Below are positions 52,436-64,000 of a stretch of 64,000 nucleotides of DNA, piece by piece. The translations under genes and the position numbers were made by a program. Source of the stretch: the human T2T-CHM13v2.0 reference genome, Homo sapiens; NCBI RefSeq assembly GCF_009914755.1, contig NC_060933.1; one strand, written 5' to 3'. The notes under the pieces were generated by a model. That model had not been told where the DNA came from. It worked only from the letters and a program-made list of their open reading frames with translations, and ran no database searches. How positions within the stretch are numbered: position 1 is the first letter of the stretch; each line of letters begins with the position of its first letter.

Positions 52436-52894
52436 TTCACAATAGCAAAGACTTGGAACCAACCCAAATGTCCATCAATGATAGACTGGATTAAGAAAAT
52501 GTGGCACATATGCACCATGGAATACTATGCAGCCATAAAAAAGGATGAGTTCATGTCCTTTGTAGGGACATGGAAGAAGCTGGAAACAATCGTTCTGAGC
52601 AAACTATCGCAAGGACAAAAAACCAAACACCGCATGTTCTCACTCATAGGTGGGAACCGAACAATGAGAACGCTTGGACACAGGGTGGGGAACAGCACAC
52701 CCCAGGGCCTGTCGTGGGGTGAGGGGAGGGGGGAGGGATAGCATTAGGAGGAATACCTAATGTAAATGACGAGTTAATGGGTGCAGCACACAAACATGGC
52801 ACATGTATACATATGTAACAAACCTGCACGTTGTGCAAATGTACCCTAGAACTTTAAGTATAATAAAAAAATTTAAAAAGTAAATAAATAAAAT
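52436..52894 (+). mobile_element. 5'-truncated L1PA (PA4-PA6-like) 3' end
   Basis: ORF2 C-terminus plus 3'UTR; TSD AAATAGCGTAACA at 52423-52435 and 52895-52907. Confidence 0.9.
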
Positions 52895-53009
52895 AAATAG
52901 CGTAACAAATAATCACAGTTGCAAGCCTGATGAATCAGAGGAGAGAGAAGTCCAGGATATGAAGGAAACTGGTAACCGGGGACCTGACTTCTGGCAGTGA
53001 CTGTCAATG

Positions 53010-53870
<861 letters not shown>

Positions 53871-54291
53871 AGTGTCTTCTAGAAAAGGTGAGGTTTATGC
53901 TGACACCCTAATGAAGAGAAGTTTTCTAGCTGAAGAGCGGCAAAGGAAAATGGATCCACGTGTTTGGTTTCAAATTTCATAAAGACATCAGAGAAAGTCT
54001 GTCCCTCTGTCTGGGAGGCAGCTTGTATGGAACCTGGAAAATAGCACCTACCTTGTTGTTTTCTCCAGGAGGCAGGGACCCAGCCACCACCACGTGCCCG
54101 GTGTGTAGTAAATGCTCAACATATAAACATACTTGTTCATTGAAAACGAAAAGAGCAGGAGTCGGGGTGGGGATTCCATGGAGAGAACAGCATATGCAAA
54201 AATGAAATACACACCCACCCCTCCCCTCCTCTGTGCCTGAACATTAACAATCAACCAACAAATGATACTATTTAACGTGTACCTACAATGG

Positions 54292-54305
54292 TTCTCTCTC
54301 TCTCT

Positions 54306-54346
<41 letters not shown>

Positions 54347-54352
54347 AAATAC

Positions 54353-54383
<31 letters not shown>

Positions 54384-54389
54384 TATATA
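54292..54389. repeat. (CT)n(CA)n compound microsatellite
   Basis: Visible runs. Confidence 0.9.
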
Positions 54390-54534
54390 CTTTTCTTCAG
54401 AGTTCAGACTCACAGCTAGGAAGAACTAAATTCTGAATTCTTCAGCTGTTCCATGATGTTAATTCACAATGTGCTCATGTCCCACTCCCTACCCTGGCAG
54501 GCCAGGTTCTTAACACAGCTCTTATCTCAAGAAT

Positions 54535-55215
<681 letters not shown>

Positions 55216-55816
55216 TGAGGAAGACACTTGATCATCTCCCCTTTACAGATGAGGAAACTGAGGCACCAACATATTAGGTGACTAGTGGACAATAGTACCC
55301 ATCAAACCTCTTTCACTCTTGACCCTCCTCAATTCTTTCTGGTTATTACCTTCTATGCACCGGCACTGTATACACATTGTTTCACTTAATCCTCACATGG
55401 AGCACCAGGTGGGAAGTGGTTCTTATACCCATTTTACAGAGGAGAAAATTGAGGCTCAGAGAAAGAAGTGGCTCATCCCAGGCTTCTGGGTTAGAGAAGA
55501 TTTTGAACCCAGGTCTACTTGATTCCAAAGCTCATGTGCTCACCCCGGCTGCCAAGTCAGACAAAATTCTAGTGCAAAGAACACAGAATTCAGGAAAACA
55601 AAATTGCCAGCTCCTTCTTTCTTGCCTCCCATTTGCCCATTCCGCTATCTCTTGCAATCCTTACCCAGGTATATATGCATATATATTATATCTATAGTTG
55701 TATTATCACCCTCCATACAGCTTGGAAAAGCTAAGAAAATTGGACAAAAGAGCATTCAGCCTAGCCTCAATCCCCTCACTAGAAAAAGGAGATAAAAATC
55801 TCCAAATCCCAGGGTT

Positions 55817-56107
<291 letters not shown>

Positions 56108-57230
56108 TCATAGGATTATTTTGCAGATTAAATGAGATCATGTCTGTATAATAGTGGGCACATGGAGGCACTTTGAAAATCCTCCTTCTCTCCCATTTCC
56201 CAACTCATTCTTTCCAGCTAGTCAGACCTTCTTGGTTTGTGTGAGTGAGTCTTTGTGGTTTTGATGGGCACTAATTTCCACCAGCAGTCAATGCAGGATG
56301 TCCCTGGAAGGCAGAAACGTTGCCCTCTGTTCCAGCCATCTCCTGACATTGTAAAGGGCTGTGTACACCTATGGCCTTGTACAAATAATCACTAATAGCA
56401 GTAATAAACTATACAGCCTTCATTTGCCGCCAAGCATGACATATTCTGACATGTCTCCCTAGAAAGGCAAGCCTGTGGCTGCACAGACATGGGAAGTCGT
56501 TTTCCAAATGGGTATTTTCTTCAGAAGAAACTAATTTAGCCTCATTTCCAGTAGGCTGCATTCCTGAGGCCTATAAGCACAGAGGGGCAGACTGGCTGGG
56601 GTTTATCCTGGACTCAAGTGGGGGTCAATGTCCAAGAGAAAGGAGACCCTCAACTCCAAGAAGCATGCATTGGCTGGAACATATCATAACAGGTGGGGAA
56701 ACTGAGACCCAGAGATGAGGAAAACTAAGCAACAATATCATCATCCCAACTACCTAGCTAGAGACACCTTACCTAGCTAGAGATGATGGCAGAGGTATTT
56801 TGAGAAGAAAGTTTCCTCAAACAGGAAGCAGTCAGCCACCAGTTAGAACAAGCTAAGTAAGCCCAAACATTCTCAAGTCTGATGATAAACGTTTTGCAGC
56901 CTTTTCAGAAAGCAATATATTATTACATGTGTCAAAAGCCTTTAAAAAGTGCACGCTCTTTGACATAGCCGTTTTCCCTCCAGAATCTGTCTGACGTTAA
57001 CAATCAACAATGTGAACAAAATAAATGCACAGAGATGGCCACTGCAGCATTACTTATATATGACAATTTTTTCTTGAACACCTACTGTGTGCCAGCCAGT
57101 GGTCCATGGTACTGTCCTGAGATAGTTTAGGCCTTAGCATGCCCAGGGCTGTTCAATTCCTTTTCTTACTTGGGGAAGTGATATGGCAGGATAAAAGAAG
57201 CCTAACAGTGGAAAACACCTGGATGTTTAA

Positions 57231-57595
<365 letters not shown>

Positions 57596-57626
57596 TCCAC
57601 AAATATTTATTAAAAGCCCCTATATT

Positions 57627-57923
57627 GGTCAGGCAACATGGCTCATGCCTGTAATCCCAACACTTTGGGAAGCTGAGGCAGAAGGATCCTTGAGGTCAGG
57701 AATCCTTGAGACCAGCCTGGGTGACATAGTGAGACCTTGCAAAAATAAAAAATTAGCTGGACATGGTGTTGTACAACTGTAGTTCCAGCTACTCATGAGG
57801 CTGAGGCAGGAGAATAGATTGAGCCCAGGATTCAAGGTTGCAGTGAGCCATGATTGTGCCACTGCATTCCAGCCTGGATGACACAGCAAGAACCTGCCTG
57901 TCAAAAAATAATAATAATAAAAC
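57627..57923 (+). mobile_element. AluJ
   Basis: Dimer. Confidence 0.85.
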
Positions 57924-57989
57924 AAGTGTTCTCAAAAAAAAAGTTTTACTATTACATTATTTGTTCTATTCTATGTTCTATATGTAGAC

Positions 57990-58985
<996 letters not shown>

Positions 58986-59899
58986 GTAAAAAATTTCCAT
59001 GTGCTAGGAATATGTTCTGAGAGCGAGACAAAATCTCTGCCTCCATGGAGCCTGGGCAGGCAGTCAGTAAGTAAGTAAACAAACAATAAAAAAAAAAAAA
59101 GATAATTTCAGCTTGTGATGAGGATAACACAGGGTAAGGAACTAGAAAAGGCTGGGTGCTCCGGGGAGGGCTCTCTGAAGAGGTGGCATTTAACAAAGAT
59201 CTGAATGAGGAGAGAAATGGAATGATGCAGATATCTAGTGGGGAGAATGTTCCAGGCAGGGGGAAGAGCAGGCACAAAGGTGCTGGCACAAGGATGAGTT
59301 TGGCAAGTTCTAGCTAAGCAAAGAAGCTGGAGCCACGGTGGTGGGAGCAGAGGGAATGAGGGGGGCCCTGGAAGGGGGAAGTGCTTCTAGCCCACCTGGG
59401 ACGCCTTCTCTAAACAGAATCCCCATTTGTAAAAATGGTACCAGACTCTCCACCTTGAAGGTCAGCTGCAAGGATAAGAAAAGTTCCCAGACTTCACCTC
59501 CTGTGAGAACAAGTGCATTGCTACCCAAAATCTGGTGGGTTTGAGTCTTCTCTTTCTTGATTCCAAAAGCCCAGACTTTCACAGTCCTGAGCAATTCTGG
59601 GGTTCTCAGGGGGTGCTTGCATGTGTCCCCATCACAGACCTGGACATTGCTGACTCCTCTGGACAGGCTAGGTAGGGCCCCACATCTGCATAGAGAGGCA
59701 CTTCAGGTGGGCCCCTGGGCCTGCAGCTTGGGCCACCATCTAGGGGCCAGGGGTCCAGGCGTCAGGGGACCTGGAAAGCTGGAAGCCCCCCTTGTCACCC
59801 TTGTGAGGTGGAAATACTTCTCCTGTGCTATGCTGGGTTGGTGGGGATGGGTCCCCACAACAAGGCAGTTTGTGCCCTGAATTTCACATAATTCAGTGA

Positions 59900-60229
<330 letters not shown>

Positions 60230-60429
60230 TAGGTTCTTTCAGAGCACTTTGCTCCCCGGGACACACAACCCACCCCCCCGCAACGGTGTTGGGGTCCCAG
60301 GATGAATTTCACTAGCACTTCATTGTGGGATCTAAAACCATGGATCCCCCCACAGCTCACCCTCCTTGTCAAGTCTCCCTCATGATGCCAGTAACTTGAT
60401 GGTAAATTCTTTCAGGGCCTTTCTCCTTA

Positions 60430-60924
60430 AACCTGCAGTGCAGCTCTTGCAGGGTCTCCACCCCCCATGCCTATCTTGCTGGGGTGTGTCCAGACCTCAG
60501 TGGTGGCCAGGCTTCAGTGTCAGATGGATGTTCCCCATTTACTCCCAGGGGGTCAGGATCCCTGACTGCTGGCTGAGTGCAGTCAACGCACAGGACCACC
60601 AGAAGACCAGAGGGCTGTTAGTGGGGGAGAGGGGACATAAATCCCTGCCCACTGTGGCTTGGCAGAGGCTGTCTTCTCCCTGTGGCCACAGCCCCCATTG
60701 GTGGCACCTGTTCTCAGCTACGACTCTCATCAAATTCCAGTATCCTCCCCCTCTCCTTGCCTTTTCACATCTAAGAATAGTAACGGTTGCCTGCTGTTAC
60801 TCATTCTGGGGTGCTTCGCCATCCCTTAACCCTGCCCACTCTTGGAAATTGTGCTTCATGAAACTCTTTAAGTGTCTTCTTTGGAACGTGTTCCGTCTCT
60901 CTTCCCCGGACCCTGATTGATACA
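60430..60924 (+). mobile_element. Old ERVL-type LTR (LTR16/LTR33-like)
   Basis: Ends GGACCCTGATTGATACA, typical of this group. Left boundary uncertain. Confidence 0.5.
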
Positions 60925-62052
60925 AAGGTTTGTTCCCAGGTGCCCCTCAGCTCCTGTGCAATCAGTGACTGTAAGCAAACAACTCATCAACTCAAGCCCT
61001 ATTTTCAGTCCAGACAAGCCGCCTTGCTACTAGCAGAAGTGAAGAGTGAGTGCTTTTGGAAGCAGGTTAGAGATGAAGAAAGGCTAAGAATAAGCACTTG
61101 GAAAGACATCTGAGGATGAGCTCCTTTCAAAGCAAGCAAGGCTTTGGAATGATGGTGAATTTTGTTATGACTGGGGAAAGCAGGGCTGGAGCACAGCTCA
61201 CAGACATCTCAGCCTGGTTTCTCGGTCCTCCAGTTCCAACTTGCACAGACATTCTGTGCAAGAGGAAAGGCTAGAATGACTGCAGCTAAAATCCCACATC
61301 TGACTGGGGACAAGATGACAGAATACTATCAAGTTGGAAAGGCCCAAGTTAAATAGTTTGATTTCTCTCAGCTTTTCAAAGAGAAAAAAGAAGCAAAGGT
61401 GAGATTTTTATTTTCAAAGCAAGCAACATATTTCTTATGACAATATCTCCATTTAATGGTCCTGTCATGTCTAATAACTTAAGAGAGAAAATACGTTTCT
61501 TTGATCTTAGCTAGTCAAGAAGAGTGACAGCTGGCACTCTGCACAAAAATTTAGTGCCTTGTCTAATTGTGTTGACTTCTCATTATTGGAAAGTCTCACA
61601 ACCAGTAAAGGATTTGTTTAACTTTATCAAACTGTTAACCATTTCCTAGCTCCTCCCCCTCACACCCACGTGGAACTGAAAAACTTTCCGGACTAGAATC
61701 AAAGTTGAGCATGACTTGGCTGTAGTCTGCAACTTACATCAGGGGCTCTAGGGAGTTTTACTGAGCAAGAAGTGAGTCCTCTGCCTCACTGCATGCATCT
61801 CCTCTTCCAGCTTGGGGTGGTAATGCCCATTTGATGAGAGTATTCACTGGGCTCATTTTTAATTGATGTTTATGGTCTATATTTAGCCAGCAGAGGTCAC
61901 AGAGCATTTGTTGCATGTCAGGCTCGATACTAAAGTCTGAACAATAGAAATGCATCAGTCTTAGTCCCTGCTGAGAAGGACTCACTATCTAGTAGGAGGG
62001 ACAGGCACAAAAACAATTGCAGTGCTATGCGATTAGAAATCCTAACTCAGTT

Positions 62053-62350
62053 GGCTGAGTGCGGTGGCTTATGCCTGTAATCCCAGCACTTTGGGAGGCC
62101 GAGGCGGGTGGATCACCTGAAGTCAGGAGTTTGAGACCAGCCTGGCCAACATAGTGAAACCCTGTCTCTACTAAAAATACAAAAATTAGCTGGGCGTGGT
62201 GACAGGTGCTGTAATCCCAGCTACTCAGGAGGCTGAGGCAGGAGAATCACGTGAACCCAGGCAGGGGAGGCTGCAGTGAGCCGAGATCATGCCATTGCAC
62301 TACAGACTAGGCAACAGAGCGAGACTCCGTCTCAAAAAAAAAAAAAAAGA
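62053..62350 (+). mobile_element. AluS
   Basis: TSD-like GAA.TYCTAACTCAGT. Confidence 0.88.
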
Positions 62351-62447
62351 ATTCTAACTCAGTCATTCCCTCCCTGGGTGACCTTGAGGATGTCAACTTC
62401 TTTCCTGGTGCCTCAGTTTCCCCAAAGCAAAATCAGTCTCCTCACAC

Positions 62448-62630
62448 AGCAATAGTTTGTAAACTTTACATTACATTAGAAGCACCTGGAGGTCTTTGTG
62501 AAAACACAGGTTGCTGAGCAACAGTGTCTGGGATTCAGTAGGTCTGAGTTGAGGCCTGAGAATTTGCATTTCAAACAAGCTCCCAGAAGATGCTGATGCT
62601 GGTGGGAGGATCACACTTCGAGAACCACTC
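62448..62630. mobile_element. MER5A-like hAT DNA transposon
   Basis: GATTCAGTAGGTCTG...GGCCTGAGAATTTGCATTTC.AACAAGCTCCCAG...CACACTTCGAGAACCACT. Confidence 0.8.
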
Positions 62631-63365
62631 TCATAGGCTGATGGGGAGGACTCTGTGTGCTAAGGTGAGTAAAAGGCCCAGAGGCAGCACCTGCCTGGGT
62701 TCTGCTCAGTACGTTTTCTCTAGAAACCACAGACCTACAGGGCACAGTAGGAGCCCACCGGGCTCAGGGAGAAGAGGTCTTCTTAGAGGAGGTGATTTGG
62801 CAACAGAAGCCTGAGGGAAGAAGTGGACAGCACAGTTCATCTGGGGGCCAGCCAGCCTTCTGCTGAGGAAGACTGTTTAGCATTTGTCTCTTGAGGCAGT
62901 GGCTCTCAACGTCTTTACTGTGAACCCCCGGGAAGAAACATGATTTACATCACGACCCTGAACACACACATGCCTATGTGTTATAACGGAAACATAAAAC
63001 AGGACTTTTCCTGTCTCTGAGATACACTCTAAGACTGTCTGTGTTATTTAGCTTTAAAAATATTGATTGCGCAACTCGGTGAGATTGGCTAACTTAAATT
63101 CTGGGATAGATGACACACAGGGTGCATCTCAGTCAGATTTAGAGAGGCATTTAAATCAGAATTGGGGCTGGGGGAGCAAGGAGGCAGGGAAGATTTCTTG
63201 TAATAACTAACCCTGTGAGATGCTCACTGTGAGTTGGGCTCAGTTATAAAGTCAAGCTAAGTTCCAGATCAATAGATACACGCACACACACGCACGCACA
63301 TGCATTTGTGCATTTGATTCATTTATTCCTCACACCAACTCTCTGAGATAGAAATTATCATTATA

Positions 63366-63694
<329 letters not shown>

Positions 63695-63966
63695 TTACAG
63701 AGGAAGTTAAGTGACCTGCTCAAGGTCATACAGTCAGTAGGTGGCAGAGTTTTGACTATATAACTTAAGAACCCCAGCCCAGGTTCTGTTCTGTCAGCCA
63801 CTATGGTGCACTGATTCTCTGCTGATAGATTGCAACCCACAGACTAGAAATCTTTCCGTAGAGAATCTACTCATGGCCCGTCTGTTGGGTCAACAAACAT
63901 TTAGAGAGCTTCCAAGTGCCAGAGTCCTCCATGTTGGCCCAGATCTAAATAAATTGATTAATTTCT

Positions 63967-64000
63967 GGCCAGGCATGGTGTCTCAAGTGTGTAATCCCAA
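63967..64000 (+). mobile_element. Alu 5' end (cut off by the window edge)
   Basis: GGCCAGGCATGGTG...GTAATCCCA. Confidence 0.7.

Overview
Primate genomic DNA, most likely human: it carries an AluYa5 and an L1PA2-type LINE. It is about half or more interspersed repeat. The only host gene I can identify is on the minus strand, where a CpG-island promoter and first exon (about 37775-38030) encode MGSRIK followed by a GTGAGT donor. I recognise this from memory as the N-terminus of DENND1A (connecdenn 1). Positions 1-37774 are therefore intron 1 (I saw no exon 2), and about 38100-64000 is upstream intergenic DNA; in human, LHX2 lies further right, outside the window. The intron contains a near-full-length but disabled L1PA2-like element (11258-17307, antisense to the gene). 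It has an intact antisense ORF0, sits inside an ancient L1M, and has an AluYa5 inserted at the same nick, giving three copies of the target site. The intron also holds a degenerate RPL29 processed pseudogene split by an MST LTR, which is in turn split by an AluY. I see no evidence of a wholly new gene system. The best leads are: (1) a predicted in-frame L1 ORF0-DENND1A fusion from the L1 antisense promoter, with a gene-breaking layout; (2) a layered 5'UTR (strong-Kozak uORF, RNA G-quadruplex, overlapping uORF); (3) unusual retrotransposition scars (triple TSD, fold-back junction, a polyadenylated LTR retrocopy). Repeat subfamily names and boundaries were read by eye and are approximate.
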